DNA of 64,000 nt from an uncultured Holophagales bacterium (GCA_963842525.1 CAWJGT010000024.1:64001-128000), one strand, 5' to 3'; shown: positions 39,838 to 51,372, numbered from the stretch's first letter. The notes: generated by a model not told the origin, from the letters alone. Program-made: numbers and translations.

Positions 39838-40838
39838 TCGGACTCCTTGGCGCGTTCGAGCTTCAGGCGGATGTTGACGAAATTGTAGGGCGGCCAGGGC
39901 CCGGTGTACTTGAACTTGAGGCTCTCGTAGTGCGCGTCGATCTCCTTCACCTTGGTGTCGAAATCGAGCTCCCGCTCGCGGGGTACGAGGAACGCGGCGT
40001 TCAGGATCATCTTGTCGCCGATGACCTTGTTGGCGCGCGACGCCACGGAGACGGCGCCCAGGGCGTTGAAGATGCCGGCGGCGAGCTGCTCGGAGCGCTC
40101 CTGGAGCAGCGAGTCCACCAGCCGCCCGTACTGCATGCGGGCGAAATAGGTCGACCCCTTCTGGGAGGAGATCTCCTGCCGCAGGAGGCGCAGGTTCTCG
40201 TTCTCCTTTTCGATCTCCCGGATGACGATGTCGGGCTCCCACAGCACCTTGAGGCCGAATTCCACCTTGCCCCTCATCTTGATCAGCACGTCGCGGAAGG
40301 CGTCGTAGGCAGTGCGCAATAGCTCGATGATGTCCTCGGAGGTCTTGAACACCGTGCTGAACGACATCGGGATCACGGTGTAGTCGCGCATGACCACCTC
40401 GTTGACCCGCTCGTGCGCCAGAACGTTCTCCCGCGTCGGGTCGTAGACCTCGAGAGGGGTGTCCGAGACGACCGCGGCGATGTCGTGGAAGTTGACGGTA
40501 TGGACGTCCGCCGGCTCGCTGCCGATGCCGATCGGGCCGAAATGGAGCGATGCGTCCGCCTCGATGATGCAGTAGACGTACTTGCCGCTGCGTCCACTGG
40601 CAGCCGCGCTCGTGTAGGCCGCGTCGTCCAGGTCGTTCAGGTGTGCGAAAGGCATCAGGGGCTCGGCTGGAGCGGGAGGGGAGAGGACGGCCGGCTCGAT
40701 GGCGGGGGCCTCCGCCGGTGCGGCGGTCCTGGTCCGTGCCCTCTCGGCAGTCCCCGCGGTGTCCCGGGCAGGACGAGCAGGGCGCGCCGGGCGGGCCGCC
40801 GGCTTTGCGGTGCGGGTGGGCTTCTTTCGTTCGGGCAT
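39834..40838 (-). CDS. gvpF: GvpF/GvpL-family protein with low-complexity N-terminus
   Basis: GKYVYCII, AAVVSD, AHERVNE, VIPMSF, GKVEFGLK, TGPWPPYNF. Confidence 0.9.
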   Translation of the reverse strand: MPERKKPTRTAKPAARPARPARPARDTAGTAERARTRTAAPAEAPAIEPAVLSPPAPAEPLMPFAHLNDLDDAAYTSAAASGRSGKYVYCIIEADASLHFGPIGIGSEPADVHTVNFHDIAAVVSDTPLEVYDPTRENVLAHERVNEVVMRDYTVIPMSFSTVFKTSEDIIELLRTAYDAFRDVLIKMRGKVEFGLKVLWEPDIVIREIEKENENLRLLRQEISSQKGSTYFARMQYGRLVDSLLQERSEQLAAGIFNALGAVSVASRANKVIGDKMILNAAFLVPRERELDFDTKVKEIDAHYESLKFKYTGPWPPYNFVNIRLKLERAKESE

Positions 40839-40847
40839 CCGCGTCTC

Positions 40848-41254
40848 CTAGTCTCCGGAAGCTCTCGGGCTCCTCTCGAGCTGGCGCCGGACCTCCTGCT
40901 CCAGGTCCCTGGGGAGGACGGGCTTGGTCACCACCGAATCGCAGCCGGCCTCGCGCGCCCGGTCGTGGGTGCTGGCGAGCGCGTGCGCCGTCAAAGCGAT
41001 GACCGGAATCAGGCGGGTCCGCTCGTCCTGCTTCAAGCGGCGCGTGGCCTCCCAGCCGTCCAGCTTCGGCAGCGAGAGGTCCATCAGGATGATGTCGGGG
41101 AGCAGCTCGAACGCCTTGGCCAGGGCCTCCAGGCCGTCGGCCGCCGTGGCGACCCGGAAGCCGCGGAACTCCAGGTACTCGGCGCAGATCTCGCGCCCGT
41201 CGTCGACGTCGTCGACGATGAGGACGAGCGGCGGCTCCAAGGGTGCGGCTCCGT

Positions 41255-41258
<4 letters not shown>
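40848..41258 (-). CDS. Single-domain response regulator (DivK/CheY-like)
   Basis: LIVDD, PDIILMDLSLPKLDG, IALTAHA, TKP; true start 41258. Confidence 0.9.
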
Positions 41259-43422
<2,164 letters not shown>

Positions 43423-43425
43423 AGA

Positions 43426-43797
43426 TTACGTCTTCGGCGTCTTCGGCGTCTGCCGAGCCCTGCGCGGTGCCGCGACCTCCTGGCGTGCCGTGGTGGTCGC
43501 GAGCTCGCGCGCCGTGGAGGCGGCGAGCTGGGCCCGCAACGACGCGTTCTCCGCCAGCAGGTCCTCGGAGGTCCGGGCCTCGATCGCAGGGCGCGAGACC
43601 GTCGGCACCTGGCCGACCGCCTCCGAGTACTTGATGTAGGTGTCGATGGATGCCACCACGATGCGGGCCTCGACGGTGAGCAGGTCGATGCCCACCAGAG
43701 AGACCCGGACCCAGGCATCGATGACGATGCCCTTGTCCAGGACGCGGTCCAGGACATCGATCAGACTGGTGCCACCGGAAGCTCGTTCAACCGGCAT
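43426..43797 (-). CDS. gvpA: Gas vesicle structural protein GvpA with C-terminal extension
   Basis: [44 protein letters not shown]. Confidence 0.93.
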   Translation of the reverse strand: MPVERASGGTSLIDVLDRVLDKGIVIDAWVRVSLVGIDLLTVEARIVVASIDTYIKYSEAVGQVPTVSRPAIEARTSEDLLAENASLRAQLAASTARELATTTARQEVAAPRRARQTPKTPKT

Positions 43798-44173
43798 TTC
43801 TGTCTACCCCCTGGTCTTCTGACGTTCGGTCTGCTCTGCGGACCGCGCTGATCCGGCGCGCCGGCCCGGGCGAGCGGACTGCATCTCGAGCGCAGCTCAC
43901 CTTCTCCTCGAGGAGGCGGACCTGCTCACGCAACGTGTCGTTCTCGAGCGCCAGCCGGCGGGCGCCCACGGAGAGGTTGGGGTCGTGCCGCCACCAGTCC
44001 AGGCCGATCTGCTCCGCCTTGTCGATGGAGCAGACCAGCAGCCGGATCCGGATCGTGAGGAGCTCGACCTCCGCCAGGGACACACGGATGTCCCCGGCCA
44101 CGACGAGCCCCTTGTCGAGCACGCGGTCGAGCACGTCGACGAGACCCGTAGAGCGGCGGTAGGTCGGTTCCAT
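43787..44173 (-). CDS. gvpJ: Gas vesicle protein GvpJ; the tail may be frameshifted, with the true stop near 43804
   Basis: [49 protein letters not shown]. Confidence 0.88.
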   Translation of the reverse strand: MEPTYRRSTGLVDVLDRVLDKGLVVAGDIRVSLAEVELLTIRIRLLVCSIDKAEQIGLDWWRHDPNLSVGARRLALENDTLREQVRLLEEKVSCARDAVRSPGPARRISAVRRADRTSEDQGVDRNAG

Positions 44174-44290
44174 GGTGGATGCGGATCTCGGCTCGTACAG
44201 TCACTACTCGGGCGATCAGCGATGTCAGCTAAGGGCCTTCACTCTAGCCAACATCCGTTCACGACGCAATGCATCAGGAGGGCGTGCAAT

Positions 44291-44584
44291 CCCCCTGCCA
44301 TGCGAGCCCGTTCCCCCCGCCGGGGAGCAGTGGGAGACCGGGAGGGGGCTCTCCCCCCTCGCGAGGGGAACCGACCCCGGGTTTGGACTGGACCGCTCCC
44401 CCTGCGAGCCGGACCGTCTCCCTGCCGGACGGGCGCCAGCCCCTGCCGAGGGAGGCCGGCCTGCCGCCGGGGGGAGCTGTCTCCCCCGGAAGGGAAGAAG
44501 GCCCCTTCACCACGGGGGCCCTTCCCCTCGCCAGGGAGAGAAGCCCCCTCACAAGGCGGGAGGTTCCCCTGCCGGGGGGAGACG
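44291..44584. repeat. Degenerate tandem array with 21-bp period (about 14 units; C-run/TGCC/G-run)
   Basis: Units at about 44396, 44417, 44438, 44459, 44480, 44501, 44522, 44543 and 44564, for example TTCCCCTGCCGGGGGGAGACG. Confidence 0.65.
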
Positions 44585-44986
44585 CCCCCGGTGCTCCTCC
44601 CAGTGGCTCCGGAGCTGTTCCGGCGTGACGGTGGCGGTCTCGCGAAGCCGCTCGATCACCGGGCCGAGGTCCTGGTCGAGGACCGTCTCGACGGTCCCCC
44701 GGATCTCGGCCTCCACGTCGTAGGGCACTTCGTACAACAGCATGGTCTCGGGCGGCTCGCGCAGCGTGCCGTGGACCCGGCGCAGCAGCTCTTGGGCGGC
44801 TTCGATCCCTTCCGCCGCCAGCCAGAGCGCGGCCCGGGCATCGAGCTCGACGGGGACCCGCCGCGCCACGACACCGTCGAGGAGGATCTCGACTTCGATC
44901 CGGCCTCCACCTGCCGCGGCGTTCTCGGCCTCCTCGTCCGGCAAGGTCATCCGCAGGGCGCGCATCATCTCATCTCCGGCCTTCAT
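44549..44986 (-). CDS. Hypothetical protein (145 aa)
   Basis: GGAGGAG RBS before ATG 44986; divergent from the HTH gene. Confidence 0.65.
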   Translation of the reverse strand: MKAGDEMMRALRMTLPDEEAENAAAGGGRIEVEILLDGVVARRVPVELDARAALWLAAEGIEAAQELLRRVHGTLREPPETMLLYEVPYDVEAEIRGTVETVLDQDLGPVIERLRETATVTPEQLRSHWEEHRGRLPPAGEPPAL

Positions 44987-45130
44987 GACGTTCTCCTCCC
45001 TCGGGCATGAAAAGTTCCCGGCTCCGATCACCTGACAATGATTGCATGGTCCACTCCGAAGCTGTCAAGAGGGATCGCATAAAAGGATGGTGTTGCTCGT
45101 TGGGCGGGGTTGCGGTAAGCTGGTTCTGCA

Positions 45131-45583
45131 ATGCCCAAGCCGCGGAAGGTTGCGAGCAACGTCGAGCCCAGCCCCGAGACCCGCCGTCTGCTGGACGTCA
45201 TGCGGATGGCGATCCGGGTGCTCGGGTACTCGAACCGCGAGGTGGAGAAGAAGATCGGGACGAGCGGCAGCTATCTGAGCCGGCTCTTTTCGGGCCTGAT
45301 CGAGCTCAAGGTCGACCACGTGGTGGAGGTCGCACGGGCGATCGGCTTGGAGCCGGAGGAGCTGTTCCAACTCGCCTTCCCGAAGCGCCGCAAGGAATCG
45401 TCGCTCGCCGTAGCCCGCCTGCAGGACGCGCTCGCCGATACGCGTTCGGGCGTCTGGGCCGGCGAAGGCGCGCCGGAGGCGAAGGCCGCCAGCGCCTCGG
45501 ACGAGCCGGCCTCGGAGCTGGAGCAGGCGCTGGAGAAGATGATGGCGAAAGCCCTCCACCGCGTCCTGGGGCGCATGGGGTAG
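45131..45583 (+). CDS. XRE-type HTH transcriptional regulator
   Basis: SNREVEKKIGTSGSYLSRLFSGLIELKVDHVVEVARAIG. Confidence 0.8.
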   Translation: MPKPRKVASNVEPSPETRRLLDVMRMAIRVLGYSNREVEKKIGTSGSYLSRLFSGLIELKVDHVVEVARAIGLEPEELFQLAFPKRRKESSLAVARLQDALADTRSGVWAGEGAPEAKAASASDEPASELEQALEKMMAKALHRVLGRMG

Positions 45584-45586
45584 GGG

Positions 45587-46939
45587 CTACAGCAGCGGCG
45601 GGTCGAACCGGGCGTTGGGGTCCCGCTCCGCCCGGCGCAGGAATGCGATCACCTCTGAAAGGAGCTCTTCGAGCTTCGCCGCCGGAGTGGTCTCCTGGAC
45701 GAAACAGTCCCGCAGGAACAGCACGGCCACCAAGGCTTCTCGGTGGATCTTCAACGCAGCGAATACTTTGGCAGCTTCGATCACGATTTCCCGGGCCTCT
45801 TGAACGCGGCCCTGGCGAAGGATGGTTTCCGCGAGGTCGAGAGCCGCGAGCGCGGAGTGGAAGCCCATTTCGACCTCACTGAGCCCTCTGATGACCTCGC
45901 GGAAGATCTCTTCCGCCCGTAGGACCTGGGCCATCCCCGCATCGATCCTCCCCTCCAGCCAGCGCACCTTGAGTCGGCTGGTCTTGCCGGTGTCTTCGGT
46001 GCAGCGGGCCCGGTTGAGGAACAGCGCCTTGCGGGCTTCCTCGAAGCGGCGGCAGTCGATGAGGAAGTGGATCCGGTTGTGGACACCCTGGAAGACGAGC
46101 GCAGGGTCGCGGTCCTCAACGATGAGCCCAAGGCCGCGTTCGATGAGTCGGATGGCCTCGAGCGGCTTGTTGGCGTACCCGGTGTAGATGCCTTTCGTGA
46201 TGAGCGCGCGGCCGGCGAGGTGGCGGTCGCGATGCCGCAGGTGCAGCTTATGGGCGTTGTCGAGGGTCATGCAGGCCATCCCGAACCGGCGGCACGTCCC
46301 ATGGAACGAGCCCATCAGGTCGAGAAGGTGGGCGAGGAGGCGCGTATCCTTGCTCCCCTTGTGCCACCACTCCAGCGCATTGGCGAAAGCGGTCTCCGCC
46401 TGCTCCAACTCGTCGGCGACCCGGTAGGCATTTCCGAGCTCCGCCCAAACGCGGCAATAGGTGTCGGCCACCTGGTCGGGAGTGAGATCGCTGGCATCCA
46501 GGCGGCGAAGCGCGAGTCTGGCAAGCTCGGCCAGCTCGACCATGCGGGGTGGAGCATCATGGCGGACAGCCCAGCTCCGCTCCAGAAGCGCCTCGATCAG
46601 GGGGAGCCCGACCTGCCTGGGCGTAAGGCGGTAGAGAGCTTCGATTCCGTGCTCCTCCAGGCCGGCCACGATCTTCCGCACTTCGGCTCGCCGCCGCCGC
46701 AGTTTCCGTTCGGTCTGCCGCACGACGTTGAACACCCGCTCGATTGCGGCGTCGTACTCCGCGTCGTCGGCCGGGGGCCTCTCGGGCTCTCCAGGGATCT
46801 GGTAGGCACGCTTTACGATGACCCTGAGACAGCCCGAGCACCCCGCGAGCACGTGGAAAATGATCTCCTTTGACCGCTCAGGGGAAACCTCCCCGCGGCC
46901 GAGCCCCGCCAACTCGTGCGCAGTCGGATGGTCGCTCAC
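45587..46939 (-). CDS. Cytoplasmic TPR-like protein with N-terminal zf-HC2-like motif; candidate peptide receptor
   Basis: SDHP...HVLAGCSGC followed by helical repeats (WAELGNAYRVADELEQAE, AGRALITKG, RWLEGRI, ALAALDLA); no signal peptide. Confidence 0.75.
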   Translation of the reverse strand: MSDHPTAHELAGLGRGEVSPERSKEIIFHVLAGCSGCLRVIVKRAYQIPGEPERPPADDAEYDAAIERVFNVVRQTERKLRRRRAEVRKIVAGLEEHGIEALYRLTPRQVGLPLIEALLERSWAVRHDAPPRMVELAELARLALRRLDASDLTPDQVADTYCRVWAELGNAYRVADELEQAETAFANALEWWHKGSKDTRLLAHLLDLMGSFHGTCRRFGMACMTLDNAHKLHLRHRDRHLAGRALITKGIYTGYANKPLEAIRLIERGLGLIVEDRDPALVFQGVHNRIHFLIDCRRFEEARKALFLNRARCTEDTGKTSRLKVRWLEGRIDAGMAQVLRAEEIFREVIRGLSEVEMGFHSALAALDLAETILRQGRVQEAREIVIEAAKVFAALKIHREALVAVLFLRDCFVQETTPAAKLEELLSEVIAFLRRAERDPNARFDPPLL

Positions 46940-47012
46940 GCCCCTGGCTCTCCTTTCGTGAGCCGATTCTCTCACAGGACATGGCATCCTTGACCAGGCT
47001 GGCTGCTTCTTG

Positions 47013-47321
47013 CTAGCCGTTCGGATCGATGCATGCCCCTGCATCGCCCTGACAGACAGGCGGGCCGCTGGTCACAGAGCTAGGGCAACCATCGGGATCG
47101 ATGCACGCGCCCGCTTCCTGGTAGACCCGCGAGAATCCCCCATCTCCTTCCGGTGAGCCTCCGTCTGGGCCGGCGAGCCGCCCCGCCAGCCAGGCCCAGG
47201 CTTTTTCGAAGAGGGCCGGCGGCCCTGTCTCCCATCCGATCGCCTGGGCGGGAGCCCCGCACAGGAGGGCCGCCGTGACCGCCGCCAGGACGACCCGGTG
47301 CAGACCTTTTCTCTGGGACAT
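47013..47321 (-). CDS. Small secreted precursor (102 aa) with repeated C-terminal AGACIDP(D/N)G motif
   Basis: AAGGAGG RBS, Sec signal peptide ending AQA, then EAGACIDPDG and terminal DAGACIDPNG*. Confidence 0.75.
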   Translation of the reverse strand: MSQRKGLHRVVLAAVTAALLCGAPAQAIGWETGPPALFEKAWAWLAGRLAGPDGGSPEGDGGFSRVYQEAGACIDPDGCPSSVTSGPPVCQGDAGACIDPNG

Positions 47322-47402
47322 CACATCCTCCTTGTCATCGGCCGCGGAACGGACCGGGAACCGCCACGGCCCCGGCGTCATCGGCCGGTTCTGACGTCTT
47401 CT

Positions 47403-47440
47403 GGGACGGATTGTCCCCCTTTCGGGGACGGATCGTCCCC
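47403..47440. promoter_or_regulatory. Two tandem palindromic operator-like sites
   Basis: GGGAC-GGATT-GTCCC (47403-47417) and GGGGACG-GAT-CGTCCCC (47424-47440), 22-bp period, in a divergent intergenic region. Confidence 0.55.
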
Positions 47441-47660
47441 CTCTTTTCTCCGCGACGCCATTGTCAGCGTCCTCCCTTTCTGAGGAGCACTCGGAAGTCG
47501 GCTTCATATTATCGACTTCCAGAACTCTAGCCGGATCTGTCAAAGAAAGTCAATCGCGTGGTATCAATGCACCATTCAAAGTCGATTCGATCTAGACGCC
47601 GGAGATGACAGGCACGTAGACGGAACGTCAACGCAGAAATCGAGAGGGAGGAGGCAATCA

Positions 47661-48029
47661 ATGGAATCAAAGACGGAATGGTTGGAGCAGCGGCCGGAGC
47701 GCAACTTGCCTCGTGAAATGGGAGCCCGGATCGGGGCGCTGCGCCGGGAGAGGGGCTGGAGTCAGGCTGATCTCGCGGAACGGCTCGGGGTCACGCGCGA
47801 ACGCCTGCGCAAATGGGAGGCAGGTCGCAACGCTCCGCCGCTCGAAGGGCTGATCTCCCTGAGCCGGGCCCTGGGGACCTCGTACGAAGAGCTGCTCACC
47901 GGGCAGAAACCGGGGCCGCAGCCCCTGGGCCTCAACCCGGAACAGCGCGTCGAGCTGGCGCAACACCTGGCCGGGATCGCACGGCTGCTGGAACAGGTCG
48001 GTTTTTCCCGCAGCACGGAGGGAGTATGA
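47661..48029 (+). CDS. XRE-family HTH regulator
   Basis: RIGALRRERGWSQADLAERLGVTRERLRKWEAGRNAPP. Confidence 0.9.
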   Translation: MESKTEWLEQRPERNLPREMGARIGALRRERGWSQADLAERLGVTRERLRKWEAGRNAPPLEGLISLSRALGTSYEELLTGQKPGPQPLGLNPEQRVELAQHLAGIARLLEQVGFSRSTEGV

Positions 48030-48488
48030 CCGGCGTGGCCATCGACCTCCGGTTGGCCGCCCTGCTCCTCGCCGAGAGCCTGCGTGCGCAGCCGCGGATG
48101 CCGGAAGCTCTCCGAAGAGCTGGCGCGGATGGCGCTGCGGATGGCGGACCGCCCCTGGTCTTCCGAGCTAGGCGAGCAGGTCGATCGGATCCGGGCCCGC
48201 GCCTGCTGCCTCGCGGCGAGCGCCCGGTGGCTGCTGGGGGACGTGGAAGGGGCCGAGTCTCTGTTCCGCCAGGCGGCCTTCCAACTGACCGGCCCGCCGA
48301 ATTGCAGCGAGCGCGCTTTCTATTGCCAGACGTTGGCGCGGCTGCGCCGGGACCAGGGACAGACCGACGAGGCGAGCAGGCTGCTCTGGCGAGCGACCCG
48401 CCTCTACATCGAGAGCGGCGACCGGGAGGGCGAGCGGGCCTGCCTGGCCGACTTGGACTTCTCGCGGGCGAGCCTTGAAAAAACTTGA
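48026..48488 (+). CDS. Short TPR-like protein resembling part of 45587..46939; frameshift near 48100
   Basis: ATGA-coupled to the XRE gene; EELARMAL...ASARWLLGDVEGAESLF...LARLRRDQGQTDEA. Confidence 0.55.
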
Positions 48489-48535
48489 TCTTCCGGAGCC
48501 ATGAAGGCCCGGATGTTCCGCAAAGGAGAACGAGT

Positions 48536-48916
48536 ATGAGCACACAGCAAGCCGTTGCACAGCCGAACAACGTCGCCGCAACGCCCGGCCGCAGGCCGGC
48601 CCTCGACCGGACCCCGACCGCGTCGCAGCGGACCGAGGCGCGCCTCAAGGCCGAGCGCGTCCAGGAAAAGCTCCAGTCGATGCCCGGCTGGTCCGCGCTG
48701 CAAGGGCACAAGGCCGTCGACCGGGTGCGCGACCTGTCCGACCCGGTAACGGCGGCGGCCTGGGCCGGGTTCGTGGCCATGGCCGCGGCCTCGCAGCAAC
48801 AGCGCGTCGGAGTGGAGATGAGCGGCACGCAGGTGACCGTCACGGTCTATGGCCGGATCGGCCGCCGCGACGGCGTGACGCTCGAAGACCTGGATTTTGC
48901 GAAACAGCTCGGCTGA
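48536..48916 (+). CDS. Pterin-4a-carbinolamine dehydratase (PCD/DCoH)-fold protein lacking catalytic His residues
   Basis: LQSMPGW...R.R...A..F...V.V...GVTLEDLDFAKQL pattern; no HHP motif; AAGGAG RBS. Confidence 0.6.
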   Translation: MSTQQAVAQPNNVAATPGRRPALDRTPTASQRTEARLKAERVQEKLQSMPGWSALQGHKAVDRVRDLSDPVTAAAWAGFVAMAAASQQQRVGVEMSGTQVTVTVYGRIGRRDGVTLEDLDFAKQLG

Positions 48917-48946
48917 CCGCCGGGCACAACCCAAGGAGACCACGTC

Positions 48947-49354
48947 ATGCCCAACAATTCGTCGTACGCAGACTTCATCGTCGACTGCGACAAGCTGGTG
49001 CTCGCAGCGGACGAGAACAGGGACCTTCTTCCCAGCGCGGAGCCGCATCTGCAGCGGATGCGGGAGACCGTCGACCAGGTGAAGGTGTTCAAGACGCGGC
49101 AGGGCTCGCACCAGGCGTCCCGGCAGCTCTCCACGCAGGAACTGGGCAAGCTGATCACCCAGGGACGCGAGGAAGCCATCCGACTGCGCGGAGCCATCAA
49201 GGCGGACCTCGGTCCGAAGAGCGAGCTGCTGGTGCGCTTCGGAATCACGCCGCAGCGCCGCCGCATCCGCCGGCCCAAGGACGAGAAGCCCACCCCCACC
49301 GATCCGCCGACCGGGACGACCCCGGAGGAGGAGACGGTGACTCCCAAGACGTAA
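48947..49354 (+). CDS. Hypothetical coiled-coil protein with basic/Pro-rich tail
   Basis: AAGGAG RBS; long amphipathic helix ending LGPKSELLVRFGITP followed by RRRIRR. Confidence 0.7.
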   Translation: MPNNSSYADFIVDCDKLVLAADENRDLLPSAEPHLQRMRETVDQVKVFKTRQGSHQASRQLSTQELGKLITQGREEAIRLRGAIKADLGPKSELLVRFGITPQRRRIRRPKDEKPTPTDPPTGTTPEEETVTPKT

Positions 49355-49514
49355 TGTGACCCCCAGGGCGTGTCCGGCCGGCGCGCCCTTGCTTGTTGGC
49401 ATGACAGGGCAAGAAAGGAGCAGAATCCAGTATTATGATGTAGTCATAGGGCACGACTACGCCTTCGACGGCTCTAGGATTGGCGAGGAAGCCTCTTTTT
49501 GAAACGATGCAACC

Positions 49515-50144
49515 ATGGCTGATCAGCGGACTCAAGAATCGCGAGTTTCACCTTCTACACCGTCAGCGGGGTTCGGTGTAGATGAGTGGGTTGAGAGGTG
49601 GCAGGCCGGCATCGAGCCTGAGGAAGCCTTTCGGCAAATCTTCGGCAGATATTACAGGGTCATCTTTTCTGTCTTCGCCAAAAGAGGTATTCCTAGCGAA
49701 GAGAGCCAGGATCTGGCACAAGAAACCTTCTTGAGAATCTTCCGGAGCATCTCGACGTACAGGAGGGATCTGTCTTCTTTTGAGACGTGGCTGTTTCAAG
49801 TTGCCGAGAATGTCCGAAGGAATGCTCTGCGGAGCAAGTCGACGCAGAAGCGGGACGCATTGATGGTCCCGATAGCAGAAGAAGTTGGGCTCAACAGTCC
49901 TCCTCTTCTCTCAGCCTCGGAGCAGGATCCTCTCGAAGACGCTCTAGCCAAGGAGCGTTCCAGATTGCTTCATGAAGCTGTGGCCGAGCTTCCTGCTCAG
50001 ATGCGCAGGTGCGTGCTGCTCCGTATAGACCAGGAGCTCGAGTATCGGGAGATCGCTGATCTGTTGTGTTGTCTTCGATATCCACCACTGGTTGCCATTC
50101 GTGACTTGTTTCTCCGGAGACTCGATCAGAGCCTGTTTTTCTGA
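49515..50144 (+). CDS. ECF sigma factor truncated or altered in region 4.2
   Basis: SQDLAQETFLRIF, FETWLFQVAEN, LPAQMRRCVLL..YREIADLL; homology is lost before the recognition helix. Confidence 0.75.
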   Translation: MADQRTQESRVSPSTPSAGFGVDEWVERWQAGIEPEEAFRQIFGRYYRVIFSVFAKRGIPSEESQDLAQETFLRIFRSISTYRRDLSSFETWLFQVAENVRRNALRSKSTQKRDALMVPIAEEVGLNSPPLLSASEQDPLEDALAKERSRLLHEAVAELPAQMRRCVLLRIDQELEYREIADLLCCLRYPPLVAIRDLFLRRLDQSLFF

Positions 50145-50145
50145 A

Positions 50146-50529
50146 ATGGGAAGGCAGCAACTCTTGGCTGACGGAGAGATCCTCCAGCGGTTCTCGATTG
50201 GAGAAGACGCTCCAAAGCTCGCAGCCCTGAGGCATGGCGAATATCTGAGGAAAGAAAGTTTCTGTGTCGATCCGGCCGAGGTGAGGAACAGAGTCGAAGC
50301 CGAGGATTCACTCATCGAGTACCATCTCCACGGTCCTGTGAAGCGCGAAATCGTTCGGGAGGTGCGGATCTCACGTTCGGAATACCACCATTTGCGCGAC
50401 CTCCTGGAACGCTACGACACCGTTGGAGATCCCAGGCGATGGGAGTTTGACAAAGTTGAGCGATTTCGGGAGATGCGCGTTCTGCTCGACAAATATAAAA
50501 TACCTCTGGTCGTGGCGGAGGGAAGCTGA
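50146..50529 (+). CDS. Hypothetical protein or gene fragment, possibly the C-terminus of an ART-fold/DUF3626-like domain
   Basis: IEYHLHGPV..IVREVRI resembles E-x-(Q/H)-x-H-G motifs; weak evidence. Confidence 0.35.
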   Translation: MGRQQLLADGEILQRFSIGEDAPKLAALRHGEYLRKESFCVDPAEVRNRVEAEDSLIEYHLHGPVKREIVREVRISRSEYHHLRDLLERYDTVGDPRRWEFDKVERFREMRVLLDKYKIPLVVAEGS

Positions 50530-51372
50530 ATGAGTGCAAAGCTCCTGGCGTTGGACGTGGGAGCAGGAGATGCTCTCATCTATTCCGAGGAACAGTGGTA
50601 TTTGGCGTCTCTGGATCGAGCCTGGCGACCGCTGAAAGTGGATGGACGCGAAGGCGCAGTGGTCTGGGGCTTCTCCGCCTGGGCTCTCGTCGTAGACAAA
50701 GAGTATGAGAATCTCAAAGCCGCCATTCTCGAGGCGCGCAGGCTTTGCCTGACAGCCTTGGAGAGAGGCATGTCCTACTCGATGACCCCGGAGCTTCTCC
50801 AAGAGCTTGTTGAGGAGTTGCAGGAACAGCAGGACGGGAGGCCAAACTCAGAAAGGAGATTCGAAGGAATACTGTGGCAATTCACTCGCAGGCTCGATCG
50901 TTTTTTTGTATCCCGGGGTTGCTCGCCGGATGAGACCCTGCAACTCATCCTTGAGGTGTTCGGAGCAGTGTACGAAGACATGCCCACCGAAGAGGGCGAG
51001 CTTGCGCGGAGACTCTTCGAGATTGCAGGAAATGTCTACCATGAGCACACGGGGGCTGGAAGGAGGAAACCGGCTTTCCGGGAGCAGATTGAACGCAGAG
51101 TTGGCCCCGAGGGCGGCTCTTTTACAGAGGCTCAGGAGAGACGGGTCCTTCGTAACCTCTCGCGCCAGGAACTTCGGGCTCTATACTTCTGGACGCTACG
51201 GCGATACGGGATTCGAGAAATAGCGATACTGATGAATAGTTCCCTGGAAAGGGTGGAGACGGACCTCACTGCCATCGCGGAACGCTTCCACCGTCCTGTA
51301 GAAGAACTGCAGGAGGCGGCGTTGACGGCCGGGTGCTTCCAAGAGCTCCAGCGGCGACGCGAACAACCCTGA
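50530..51372 (+). CDS. Fusion of an unknown 80-aa domain to a degenerate ECF sigma-like region
   Basis: FFVSRGCSPDE..L..EVF, LFEIAGNVY and LSRQELRAL...YGIREIAILMN..ERVE parallel sigma regions 2 and 4. Confidence 0.6.
   Translation: MSAKLLALDVGAGDALIYSEEQWYLASLDRAWRPLKVDGREGAVVWGFSAWALVVDKEYENLKAAILEARRLCLTALERGMSYSMTPELLQELVEELQEQQDGRPNSERRFEGILWQFTRRLDRFFVSRGCSPDETLQLILEVFGAVYEDMPTEEGELARRLFEIAGNVYHEHTGAGRRKPAFREQIERRVGPEGGSFTEAQERRVLRNLSRQELRALYFWTLRRYGIREIAILMNSSLERVETDLTAIAERFHRPVEELQEAALTAGCFQELQRRREQP

Noticed and set aside
44549-49354. Prophage immunity region (several XRE genes in divergent layout)
   Set aside because: No integrase, replication, structural or lysis genes in the window
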